A DNA stretch of 43,474 nucleotides, taken from the IMG/VR virus record IMGVR_UViG_3300013022_000002, positions 1 to 43,474 of that record; one strand, given 5' to 3'. The notes beneath the pieces are model-generated. The model was not told where the DNA came from, did no database searches, and was given only the letters and a program-made list of their open reading frames with translations. This document shows, piece after piece, positions 32,760-40,505 of this stretch; positions within the stretch are counted from its first letter, which is position 1, and every line of letters starts with the position of its first letter. The translations under genes and the position numbers were made by a program. This DNA comes from a virus.

Positions 32760-33475
32760 TCATCACCCCTTTTCACTTTTTCAGCCGTCCACAGTCCGCC
32801 AATCCATTGAACGCCCTTGGCAGTAAAGCGGGACTGACTGAACGCATAATTTGAATCGGTAGTCGTGCCGGTTCTGACTTCAAACCGACCGGCTTCGATG
32901 TGCTGGCTATAGGGAGTCATGACGCCATTGAGTCGATACATAATCCGGCTATCAAGCAGGAACAGACGAAGCTCGGGCTCTTTAGCCTCAAGAAGTTTTG
33001 CCACTTGGCGGAATGTCATTGAACCTGTGGCCGTGACATAACGATCCACGAACGCGACCTTTGGTGCAGCTTCGGTAAGCTGTAGCTGTAGGCGTTCCTT
33101 CGCCTCTTCCATTTCGGCGGCCAGGCGGAGTGCCTCAGCAAAGGTCTGCGGGGTTTTAACTGGCTGACTTTCCTCTAACTCATGCAGCCGCTTAATCACT
33201 TTCATGCGGAGCAAGGCATTATATCCGGTAACTAAGCACTCGGTGTGCTCGCGGTCCAGCCGGAATTCCGGGTATTGCTGTCCGTTTTGGGGGTGTATCC
33301 AAAAATGGAGATACCCTTCAGGATTGGCATTTAGCTCTGTGAACATTGAGTAAATGTCGCGCATGACATGTGCGTGCTGCTTTCCGGTAAGGTCAGCAAT
33401 TTCACGGCTGGTCATGACTGGGGATTGAATGGCACTGACTACAGGCGCATTAGCGCCCGCTGATTGATTTAGCAT
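32756..33475 (-). CDS. Rha-family regulator / KilAC-domain antirepressor (239 aa from the ATG at 33475)
   Basis: VMTSREIADLTGKQHAHVMRDI (Rha N-terminus) and APKVAFVDRYVTATGSMTFRQVAKLL (KilA-C/Ant). GGAGA SD before 33475. Confidence 0.75.
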   Translation of the reverse strand: MLNQSAGANAPVVSAIQSPVMTSREIADLTGKQHAHVMRDIYSMFTELNANPEGYLHFWIHPQNGQQYPEFRLDREHTECLVTGYNALLRMKVIKRLHELEESQPVKTPQTFAEALRLAAEMEEAKERLQLQLTEAAPKVAFVDRYVTATGSMTFRQVAKLLEAKEPELRLFLLDSRIMYRLNGVMTPYSQHIEAGRFEVRTGTTTDSNYAFSQSRFTAKGVQWIGGLWTAEKVKRGDE

Positions 33476-33745
33476 CGTATCTCTCCACACACTGTTTTTG
33501 AACGGTCCCGCCCCATCACCTGCAAGTGAGCGGGACCAACCTTTACCAGTGGCATCTGCAACATGCCCCGGTATTAGTACTATAACCGCTATTTTGATCG
33601 ATTTCACTTCGACCTTTAGAGGTTAGGCTGTCAAGCTTTCAAATTCTAATTTTTATCGGAGTTGATGTAAGATTAGAAGGAAGATATTTAATGTTCTATT
33701 CAAGTTGATTTACCAAGGCAGCTCTTGGGTCCTTTATATAGTAGA

Positions 33746-34285
33746 TTAAATTTTTTCTCTCATAACGCTCCCATATCTTATGTCTAGAAAGAATTCATCT
33801 AACACCAAACCCAGTTCTTGACCAATCCATGCTGAAATCTCCCATATTCCTGACTCAGTCTGCGTTTCGTAATCACTTAGTGAGATTTCTGAAACCTCCT
33901 GTGCTATCTCGTCTAATCCAGAATCAGTATCAATGCCAAATTCAATATCGGTCTTCTCATCCGTCTCCTGATCTGTAGAATCGAAGATAGGGCCTGAGAC
34001 TTTCTTTCCATTAGGTAATGGATATGCAATGGCTACATCATAAATGCTACCGTCGATTTCAACCCATGAGTGATCAAAGTATGCACCACTTGAAGGCTCA
34101 CGCACTTCGCCAATACAGAGTTTGGGATTAAAACCTAATTCTGAAGCCAGTATATAAAATATCGCTGATGTATCATGGCAGGCACCCTTACGCCCAGTAT
34201 TGACGATGAAACTCTCTAGAAGACTAAACGCAGTAAAAAGTTGATCTTCAGCACTTAAAATATCTAATGGCTCCATATCTGACAT
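33746..34285 (-). CDS. Transglutaminase-fold (papain-like) cysteine peptidase-like protein, 179 aa
   Basis: Ordered Cys/His/Asp motifs GACHDTSAIFYILASELG ... FDHSWVEIDGSIYDV, and an acidic C-terminal half. GAGGA SD. AT-rich island. Confidence 0.55.
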   Translation of the reverse strand: MSDMEPLDILSAEDQLFTAFSLLESFIVNTGRKGACHDTSAIFYILASELGFNPKLCIGEVREPSSGAYFDHSWVEIDGSIYDVAIAYPLPNGKKVSGPIFDSTDQETDEKTDIEFGIDTDSGLDEIAQEVSEISLSDYETQTESGIWEISAWIGQELGLVLDEFFLDIRYGSVMREKI

Positions 34286-34664
34286 ATCTTCCTCAATTTA
34301 AAACTGATTAAAAAATGCACTACCAATTGAATGCAATCCTTTCATCAAGCATTATCAAGTAGTTATAAATCAAGCCCAAAAAATTTTGCGCTTAGTTTTA
34401 CATAATGCAAGTATCAATAACTTTACTTCTAAGAGATGATTTCTGTACAGAAATCTTTTTAATATTTTTGTGAAGATGAGTTATTCCTTCTTCGTTTTAT
34501 CACGTTAATCGAACAATCTGTTCTGTGATGCACACTGCCCTAACATTTTTAACGCGCCAGAATTAAAAAAATTTTACTTTCTACTTTGCGCCATGATAGA
34601 AGTATATTTTAATGTGCCATTTTTAATAGCTAACGTAGAGATATTTCTATAAAGGGAGTTGAAT

Positions 34665-34937
34665 ATGAAGACTCAAAAAGGGATTTATGCCGAATTTCCA
34701 GGCGGTGGATGTGAGGTAGAGGCCCTTAGAAAGAGTGGCAGGGCATTCAAAATGCATGCTAAAGCCCTATATTTTACTTGGAACAGCGCTCAAGGGAGAG
34801 TTTTCATACACTTTGCAGGCGATAAAGCTGGAGAAAGCTATTCCAAACTCGAGATGCCACTTGACGCAGACTACCTCAGGCAAACGGCCGATCAACTTAT
34901 AGATTTAGCTAAGCGACTTGAAGACGGTAGTTTGTGA
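34665..34937 (+). CDS. Hypothetical 90-aa protein, divergent from the transglutaminase-like gene
   Basis: ATG at 34665 with an AGGGAG SD 6 nt upstream (the track start at 34659 is TTG). Followed by the bidirectional terminator at 35006-35036. Confidence 0.55.
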   Translation: MKTQKGIYAEFPGGGCEVEALRKSGRAFKMHAKALYFTWNSAQGRVFIHFAGDKAGESYSKLEMPLDADYLRQTADQLIDLAKRLEDGSL

Positions 34938-35005
34938 TCATTGTTTGTAGAATTTATTGAATAGCAGCGCGCTTTTGTTAAACCCTAACTTTCAAACTTT
35001 TTCTT

Positions 35006-35036
35006 AAAAGCCAACTGCCCTTTGCAGTTGGCTTTT
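35006..35036. terminator. Bidirectional intrinsic terminator
   Basis: AAAA-GCCAACTGC-ccttt-GCAGTTGGC-TTTT. It lies downstream of both the plus-strand 90-aa gene and the minus-strand ParB-like gene. Confidence 0.8.
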
Positions 35037-35173
35037 ATTAGCTTCTATCAAGTAATATACGTTAGCGAATGTCTAATTTTTAATGTGTAAAATGCTTATC
35101 CTTTTCTCTCATAAATTCCTTAAATTATTTATTATTTAACAGTTAACACTTGGTGGAAATGGCAGGGCTAGTT

Positions 35174-36481
35174 TCATGCAGCAGCGCCCTCTTTGCCTAA
35201 AAGCTCTTTGACTGCTCCACGCAGCAGGCGAACATTGTCCCAGCTGTTAGGGTCTGTCTGCTCCACCAGCTCAATGAACTCACCAACGGTGCAGGGTTTA
35301 ACAAGGCGGGTTTCAACCAGTACTGAATGAAAGCGGCGGAATCGGAAGCTGTCTTCATCAGGCCCCTCCAACTTTTCAGCAACCCAAAGTTTTAATTCAA
35401 GATCGTCCTGATGCTCCTGAATGAGTCGCTTTGCTTTCTGGATGGTTTCAGGCGGCACAACCAACATCTCGGGGCTTTCGACTGAATCTGAGGCCCAGAC
35501 GTGGGCGTATTTCGACTCACTGAAGGTGTATTCGTGTTTCATGCCGAATGCGGCCACAACACAGGCCATCGTCTCAACGCCGCTTTGTTCCAGAATATCA
35601 ACACGCTTAAGCGGTAACTCTTCGCCGCCCTGCTGCTCTTGTACCAGCTCTGGTTCCGAAGCTTTTTCAGCGCCGGGGATGCCTTCACGATAATCAGCCA
35701 GGATAGACATGATCTCATCTGTGTAGCTGGAATTGTGGTAAAGCGCTGTCATGCCGTCTTCTTCGTCGCCTGACTGCGCATCACAAAGCAGTTCCACCAG
35801 CCGACGGGCCTTAGCAGCGCTGAACTGAGGCATTGCAGCAGCTTTGGTCAGTTTCTTTTTGCCTGCGGCTTTGGCTTTTTCCATCTGCTGCTGAGCGACA
35901 CTGGATGCCTTAGCGCCATGCTCACGCTGTAAGGCAATCGCAGTAGTGGCGGCAACCTCGCCAGACTTGACCATATCAATCAGGCTATCGCCAACGGTCA
36001 GAAGCTGGAGGTGCTGTTCAGCGTCAGTGACTGAGCGCTTAACCTTCTTCGCTATCTCTGCCGGTTCCCAGCCCTGATTGACCAGACGCTGATAGGCGGC
36101 GGCACGTTCCAGCGGGAGTAACGCCCTGCCCTGGCTGCTTGTCACCATGAAGGCGATGCGGTCTGCTTCACTGCCTACGAAGTCTTTGCACTCAAGGCGC
36201 AGCTCATGGCCCGCTTCCTGTGCCAGCTTCGCACCGAAGTAGCGGTGATGCCCGTCGATAACCTTGATGCCATGCTCAGTGACCTGAACGGCCAGCGGCG
36301 GCACATGCTCACCCGCGATAAACGCATCACGGAATTCTTCAACGTGGGTCTGGTCAATCTCGCGGACGTTGTAGCCAGGCTCGACGTAAAGCTCATCCAC
36401 ACTAAGCAGGTAGGTTTTGCGCGTAGTGATATTGGTGCCTTTTTCGTCTTTACCTTTATAAACCTGAGATAAGTTAGTCAT
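35174..36481 (-). CDS. ParB-like nuclease (ParB/Srx fold) domain protein, 435 aa
   Basis: The N-terminal LSVDELYVEPGYNVREID...PPLAVQVTEHGIKVIDGHHRYFGA is the ParB N-terminal domain signature. Confidence 0.75.
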   Translation of the reverse strand: MTNLSQVYKGKDEKGTNITTRKTYLLSVDELYVEPGYNVREIDQTHVEEFRDAFIAGEHVPPLAVQVTEHGIKVIDGHHRYFGAKLAQEAGHELRLECKDFVGSEADRIAFMVTSSQGRALLPLERAAAYQRLVNQGWEPAEIAKKVKRSVTDAEQHLQLLTVGDSLIDMVKSGEVAATTAIALQREHGAKASSVAQQQMEKAKAAGKKKLTKAAAMPQFSAAKARRLVELLCDAQSGDEEDGMTALYHNSSYTDEIMSILADYREGIPGAEKASEPELVQEQQGGEELPLKRVDILEQSGVETMACVVAAFGMKHEYTFSESKYAHVWASDSVESPEMLVVPPETIQKAKRLIQEHQDDLELKLWVAEKLEGPDEDSFRFRRFHSVLVETRLVKPCTVGEFIELVEQTDPNSWDNVRLLRGAVKELLGKEGAAA

Positions 36482-36600
36482 AATATGTGTAACTCCATAA
36501 CCAGAGTGATAATCAGTAACAGGATGATTACCAGCACTTCCGGCAATGACCTGTAGAAATATTCGTTTTCTTCGAAGTGGCGCTTAAAGGCTGATTTCAT
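36478..36600 (-). CDS. 40-aa hydrophobic peptide, translationally coupled on both sides
   Basis: MKSAFKRHFEENEYFYRSLPEVLVIILLLIITLVMELHIL. ATGA overlaps at both ends (36600-36597 and 36481-36478). The track N-terminal extension is rejected. Confidence 0.4.
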   Translation of the reverse strand: MKSAFKRHFEENEYFYRSLPEVLVIILLLIITLVMELHIL

Positions 36601-37028
36601 CGGTTCAACTCCCTCAGCCCTGCATCGCTTACCTTGCCGCTGGCTATGCCGCCGTAATGGCCACAACGCATTTTTGCCCTGGACATGCACTTGTCGCGGC
36701 TTACCTTGGCGTTCTGCCTGTTGTCATCAAACTTTGCCAAGACCATTGCCCGTAACCAGTTATGGCTTGCCCTCTGCCAGAGGCCTTTAGCCTGCAACTC
36801 CGTGGCTGTCTTGACTGCCTCAAGGTAACCAGCGTTTTCTAGCGGGCGCTCATAGGTCGTTATCGAATACGTGTAGTCCTTGTTGCGGCTCAGGATGTGC
36901 TGCTCATACAGTCCGGTTAATGAATACCTGACAGCGGCATTAGATAATCCGGTCTTTGCGCAAATCTTCGTGATGGTCATTGACCCATGCTTACGCAGGC
37001 AGTCGAGAATGATTTCAACGTTGTCCAT
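36597..37028 (-). CDS. Winged-helix protein with a PerC/ANR-like C-terminal motif (143 aa)
   Basis: N-terminal wHTH-like region (ITKICAKTGLSNAAVRYSLTGLYEQHIL). C-terminal ELQAKGLWQRASHNWLRAM...RDKC resembles PerC-family regulators. Weak call. Confidence 0.4.
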   Translation of the reverse strand: MDNVEIILDCLRKHGSMTITKICAKTGLSNAAVRYSLTGLYEQHILSRNKDYTYSITTYERPLENAGYLEAVKTATELQAKGLWQRASHNWLRAMVLAKFDDNRQNAKVSRDKCMSRAKMRCGHYGGIASGKVSDAGLRELNR

Positions 37029-37037
37029 GAATCCCCC

Positions 37038-37916
37038 TTAAGCGCCACGGAAGCCATCAGGGATGGCGTAATCGGTTGAAGGAATATCCGTAACCTGACG
37101 AATCCATTTGCCGTTCTCGCACTTTGGGCGGCCTGCCTGATTCCATTTCTGAGCGGAACCCAAATACGCGGGGAACTTGCCGGGGCGGAAAATAGTCTCC
37201 GGGCGAACGTACTCACTCATTCTGCTGTCCTGCATCCACTTGGCGATGGTGTAATCCACAGTCAGGATCAACTCATCAGCGGTGAAATCTTCAGCCAGGC
37301 GACCACGAATAGGACCGAGTGACGATTTTGATTTCTGAAAACGGAGGCCAGAGGCGCGGTTAAGATGCTCAAGAACCCGAAAAGCATCTTCAGAAGAATC
37401 ACTGTCGGGTTTCGCAGAAACCGGACAAGAGTCTTTACCTGTAATCTCTGTAGTATTCTCTGTTGTATTCTCTGTAAGACGAGGGCAATTTGCCCTGATG
37501 GATGAGTGCATGTTGCCCTGCTCGATGAGTGCAGACTGCCCCACTCGATCAGTGCAATTTGCATTCTTCGATGAGTGCAAATTGCCCTCATCGGTCAATA
37601 AAGGGTTTGCGTGGTTAATTGCGTAATAATTAGTCCGGTCATGCTGAGTTTTTTTCAACTGTTCGACGAAAATCAGGTCCCGCTTTTTAAGCGACGTAAG
37701 AGCACGTTTAACAGTGTCAGATGACCAGAATGGAAACTGATTTGTCCATTCGTCGATAGTGTTATAAACCCAGCGTTTGCCGTCATATTCGATGCCTGAT
37801 GTGGTGTCTTCCAGCCAGTAGCAAATCTGTTGAAGCACAATGGCTTCATTGAGGCCAATGCGGCTGGCAAGCTCAGGACTCACCACAAGCGGCTTGACCT
37901 TAAGCAGTAAACTCAT
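37038..37916 (-). CDS. Replication initiator / replisome organiser (lambda O analogue), 292 aa from the ATG at 37916
   Basis: N-terminal wHTH (LNEAIVLQQICYWL...). C-terminal conserved phage domain (FRVLEHLNRASGLRFQ...ILTVDYTIAKWMQD...YVRPETIF). Iterons lie inside the gene. ATGA overlap with the upstream ORF. Confidence 0.75.
   Translation of the reverse strand: MSLLLKVKPLVVSPELASRIGLNEAIVLQQICYWLEDTTSGIEYDGKRWVYNTIDEWTNQFPFWSSDTVKRALTSLKKRDLIFVEQLKKTQHDRTNYYAINHANPLLTDEGNLHSSKNANCTDRVGQSALIEQGNMHSSIRANCPRLTENTTENTTEITGKDSCPVSAKPDSDSSEDAFRVLEHLNRASGLRFQKSKSSLGPIRGRLAEDFTADELILTVDYTIAKWMQDSRMSEYVRPETIFRPGKFPAYLGSAQKWNQAGRPKCENGKWIRQVTDIPSTDYAIPDGFRGA
37478..37592. repeat. Origin iterons: five tandem 23-bp repeats inside the initiator gene
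   Basis: GACGAGGGCAATTTGCCCTGATG / GATGAGTGCATGTTGCCCTGCTC / GATGAGTGCAGACTGCCCCACTC / GATCAGTGCAATTTGCATTCTTC / GATGAGTGCAAATTGCCCTCATC. Each has internal dyad symmetry. Two adjacent 12-bp repeats of GTATTCTCTGT lie at 37453-37475. Confidence 0.8.
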
Positions 37917-38095
37917 GGTGATACCTTCTTGAACTTCTGGCTGAACAACACACGCGGCAGCATGCAATCGTGGGGGTAATTAGGGCGACGGAAAATCACG
38001 CGGTGATTAACCGTATCAACGCCGACCGTAGTGACCGGGACTCCACGCAGATCGGTGTAGCGCTCAACCCAAGGCTTAATGATTTCAGTTTCCAT
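37913..38095 (-). CDS. Hypothetical 60-aa protein
   Basis: ATG with a GGGGTGA SD. Translationally coupled to the initiator gene (ATGA). Confidence 0.45.
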   Translation of the reverse strand: METEIIKPWVERYTDLRGVPVTTVGVDTVNHRVIFRRPNYPHDCMLPRVLFSQKFKKVSP

Positions 38096-38282
38096 GATTC
38101 ACCCCGGCACCTGCGGGACGACGATAAAACTCTGCCCAAGCTGATTCGACTACCAAACGCGGCACGCACTGGTAGTTGTTGGCCTTATCCGCTGAGGATA
38201 TGATTTGTTCATAGACAGGAACGCCAGCCTGATATCGGCAGCGGAATTGCCCTGACAACGGTTTTTGATTTACAATGCTCAT
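38085..38282 (-). CDS. Hypothetical 65-aa protein
   Basis: ATG at 38282 with a GGAG SD. This is the only part of track ORF 38085-38615 that does not overlap the CII-like gene. Confidence 0.4.
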   Translation of the reverse strand: MSIVNQKPLSGQFRCRYQAGVPVYEQIISSADKANNYQCVPRLVVESAWAEFYRRPAGAGVNHGN

Positions 38283-38382
38283 GCGATGAGTCTCCACACA
38301 CGTTGATTTACTCGCACCGAACGCCCTAGGCTGCAACCCGGGGCGTTCACCTTTACTGACCCCTGTTAAATTTGTAACCACT

Positions 38383-38919
38383 TCAAATGTCCTGCGCGTC
38401 GAACTGCATTCCGGCAACATCAGCCTTCCTCCCGGTTGATACGAACATGTCCACGGCGTGATCTGCTGTGCCTGCGCTGAAAAGCGCAATGAGGCCAAAA
38501 AATCCGTGAACCTGGTGAGTGAGTTTTTTGCGGAACAGCGCTGACAGTGTTTTTTTCTCGTGATGGTCGATGACGCCGTCTGCCATAGCTGCAAGCTGTG
38601 CTGTAGCCAGTTCACCCTCTGCGGCCTTGGCCTTCATCTGCGTATCGAACAAATCAACCTTGTCCATTTCGCCAGCGGCCTTGATGTCCACCAGCAGCAT
38701 TCCATGACGAACGGCCATGAACTCTGCTACGCAATGGGTGCCGGATATAACCTCCATTTGCATCAGCTCATCCAAGGTAAAAAAACGACTGCCACACTTG
38801 CGATACAGATGGTTATGGAACTGATCGATGCTCATGCCTAAATCAGCAGCCATACCTAAGCGACCGTGCTTATGTGCCTTACACATCTGGCGAACTGCAT
38901 GGTTAATCGTGTCTACCAT
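38383..38919 (-). CDS. CII-type lysogeny regulator (phage 186 CP76 family-like), 178 aa from the ATG at 38919
   Basis: LGMAADLGMSIDQFHNHLYRK...FTLDELMQMEVISG and a later ELATAQLAAMADG...EKK segment are collinear with phage 186 CII. AAGGA SD. Confidence 0.55.
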   Translation of the reverse strand: MVDTINHAVRQMCKAHKHGRLGMAADLGMSIDQFHNHLYRKCGSRFFTLDELMQMEVISGTHCVAEFMAVRHGMLLVDIKAAGEMDKVDLFDTQMKAKAAEGELATAQLAAMADGVIDHHEKKTLSALFRKKLTHQVHGFFGLIALFSAGTADHAVDMFVSTGRKADVAGMQFDAQDI

Positions 38920-38938
38920 TTTTTTTATCCTTGAGTAG

Positions 38939-39154
38939 TTACGACTTAACTGACGAATCAGTAGTCTTCCCATAGAGGGATGGGTCAAATTTAAGCTTTC
39001 CTTTAGTTCTCAAAGCCGCTTCAGTTGCACGACCTTTGGGAATCAAGCCACCGGGGCGTTTTCGCCATTGATAAAAAGCTTCTGGTGAAACACTAAAGAA
39101 AGCCGCTGCCTTATTTGGTGAGCCGAAATACTTCTCTAAATCAGTTGTTGTCAT
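38939..39154 (-). CDS. cro: Cro-like repressor (YdaS/Cro HTH family), 71 aa
   Basis: LEKYFGSPNKAAAFFSVSPEAFYQWRK HTH. First gene of the rightward (minus-strand) early operon, divergent from cI. Confidence 0.7.
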   Translation of the reverse strand: MTTTDLEKYFGSPNKAAAFFSVSPEAFYQWRKRPGGLIPKGRATEAALRTKGKLKFDPSLYGKTTDSSVKS

Positions 39155-39163
39155 ACCTACCCC

Positions 39164-39240
39164 CTAAGATTTCTTAGATAGTATTTTCTAATTTTACTTT
39201 GATCAATAAAAACTAAGATAACTTAGTTAAATTTTCTTAG
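39164..39240. promoter_or_regulatory. OR-type operator cluster and pR between cro and cI
   Basis: Palindromes CTAAGATTTCTTAG (39164-39177) and CTAAGATAACTTAG (39213-39226), plus a TCTTAG half-site (39235-39240). pR on the minus strand: TTGATC (39206-39201), 17 nt, TACTAT (39183-39178). Confidence 0.65.
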
Positions 39241-39243
39241 GGG

Positions 39244-39894
39244 ATGGTGGTGAGTTCATTAGGCGGGCGCTTAAGAGCGCTAAGGCAAGAACGAAAGTTA
39301 ACTCAGGGCCAGCTTGGAAAGGCGGTGGGTGTTTCTGACGTTACAGTGGGATACTGGGAACGTGATTTGAACACACCCGGGGGTAAATCACTTTCTAAAT
39401 TGGCCTCTTACCTAGGGGTAAGCGAAGCATATTTGTTGTACGGTAAAGAAGATGAATCCAACGTTGCTGCAGCACCAGTCGGAGCTCTCAAGGTACCGGT
39501 GATAAGTTATGTACAGGCCGGTCAATGGAGCCCGGAGAGTGATGCGCGGAATCTAGAAGGGAATATTGATTACGTGCTTAGTACCGGAAATTTTTCTAGA
39601 GGCACTTTCGCCTTAAAAATTAAAGGAAAGTCGATGGAGCCTGAGTTTGTCGAGGGTGATCTTATCCTTGTCGATCCAGAACTTAGACCCCAGCCTGGCG
39701 ATTACGTGGTTGCAAAAAACGGCGAAGATGAAGCTACTTTCAAAAAGTATAGAGCTCGTGGGGTCAATCAAGAAGGTAATGATATATTTGAATTGGTCCC
39801 ATTAAACGACGACTTTGCAGTGAGAAGCTCAGACAAAGAAAAGATCAATATTATCGGGGTCTTAGTCGAGCATAGGCGATTGATGCGCCGCTAA
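39244..39894 (+). CDS. cI: CI-type prophage repressor (XRE HTH + S24 LexA-like autopeptidase)
   Basis: HTH in LRQERKLTQGQLGKAVGVSDVTVGYWER. Ala-Gly site in VQAGQW. Catalytic GKSMEP Ser and FKKY Lys. Confidence 0.9.
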   Translation: MVVSSLGGRLRALRQERKLTQGQLGKAVGVSDVTVGYWERDLNTPGGKSLSKLASYLGVSEAYLLYGKEDESNVAAAPVGALKVPVISYVQAGQWSPESDARNLEGNIDYVLSTGNFSRGTFALKIKGKSMEPEFVEGDLILVDPELRPQPGDYVVAKNGEDEATFKKYRARGVNQEGNDIFELVPLNDDFAVRSSDKEKINIIGVLVEHRRLMRR

Positions 39895-39914
39895 GGCAAC
39901 AAGCAGCCATGAAG

Positions 39915-39943
39915 AAGCCTAAATAATTTTAGGCTTTTTTCTT
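39915..39943 (+). terminator. Intrinsic terminator after cI
   Basis: AAGCCTAAA-taat-TTTAGGCTT followed by TTTTCTT. Confidence 0.8.
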
Positions 39944-39970
39944 GACCTAAAATCTAAGTTAACTTAGATT
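39942..39970 (+). promoter_or_regulatory. pL-type early-left promoter with an embedded operator
   Basis: TTGACC (39942-39947), 17 nt, TAGATT (39965-39970). The spacer contains the perfect palindrome TCTAAGTTAACTTAGA (39953-39968), the same half-site as at OR. Confidence 0.65.
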
Positions 39971-40335
39971 AAACATAAGATATTTATTTAGATGCTGTTT
40001 CAAAGATGCAGTAGCTGTGAAAGTTAGGAAAGAGAGAGTGTTGTACTTGGCGGTTACTCCGGGGCTTTCATCCCATAAGGAGAGCGAAGGTAATGTTCAC
40101 CCGGTTTAACCGCACTTTTTTGCACAACGATGAGAGCATTTGGCGGGTGCTTCAGGCCGCGCCACAGAGGCGCTGAGTGTTCTCTTCGTTGTGACATGTC
40201 ACAACAACCTTCAAGTGTGGAGGCCCGGCTCTGGGTTGTTGCAGTAACCCAGCAGCCAATTAACTAAATCCCAAAAGTTTTATTGTCATCTTCGGCAAGG
40301 GATTAGTGCAACCAAAAATCGTGTGTGGAGTATTC

Positions 40336-40494
40336 ATGGAAAAGTCAGACGACCCAATCACCGTTGGCCGTATCACCCTGCCCTATAGCCATGTGCTCAA
40401 TGGCTGGCTGATGCCTGACGGTACCGTTATCAAAAATCCAATCAAGGCGCAGAACGAAGCTGAGCGCCTTAACAGCAACATCGTTTTTCACTGA
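40336..40494 (+). CDS. Hypothetical 52-aa early-left protein
   Basis: ATG at 40336 with a GGAG SD 5 nt upstream. The track start at 40306 is a GTG with no SD. Confidence 0.45.
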   Translation: MEKSDDPITVGRITLPYSHVLNGWLMPDGTVIKNPIKAQNEAERLNSNIVFH

Positions 40495-40505
40495 GGGCCA
40501 CCAGC

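Noticed and set aside
36601-36690. N-terminal extension of the small ORF 36478-36690 (70 aa)
   Set aside because: It overlaps the PerC-like gene in another frame. The internal ATG at 36600 forms ATGA coupling overlaps on both sides, so only the 40-aa version is retained, at low confidence.
38283-38615. N-terminal two-thirds of the 176-aa track ORF 38085-38615
   Set aside because: It overlaps the better-supported CII-like gene (38383-38919) in another frame. Only the distal 65 codons (ATG at 38282 with a GGAG SD) are kept, and at low confidence.
40093-40176. 27-codon ORF behind an AAGGAG in the pL leader as an N-like antiterminator
   Set aside because: It is too short, has no clear arginine-rich motif at its N-terminus, and I cannot assess conservation. 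It is mentioned only as context in the antitermination finding.
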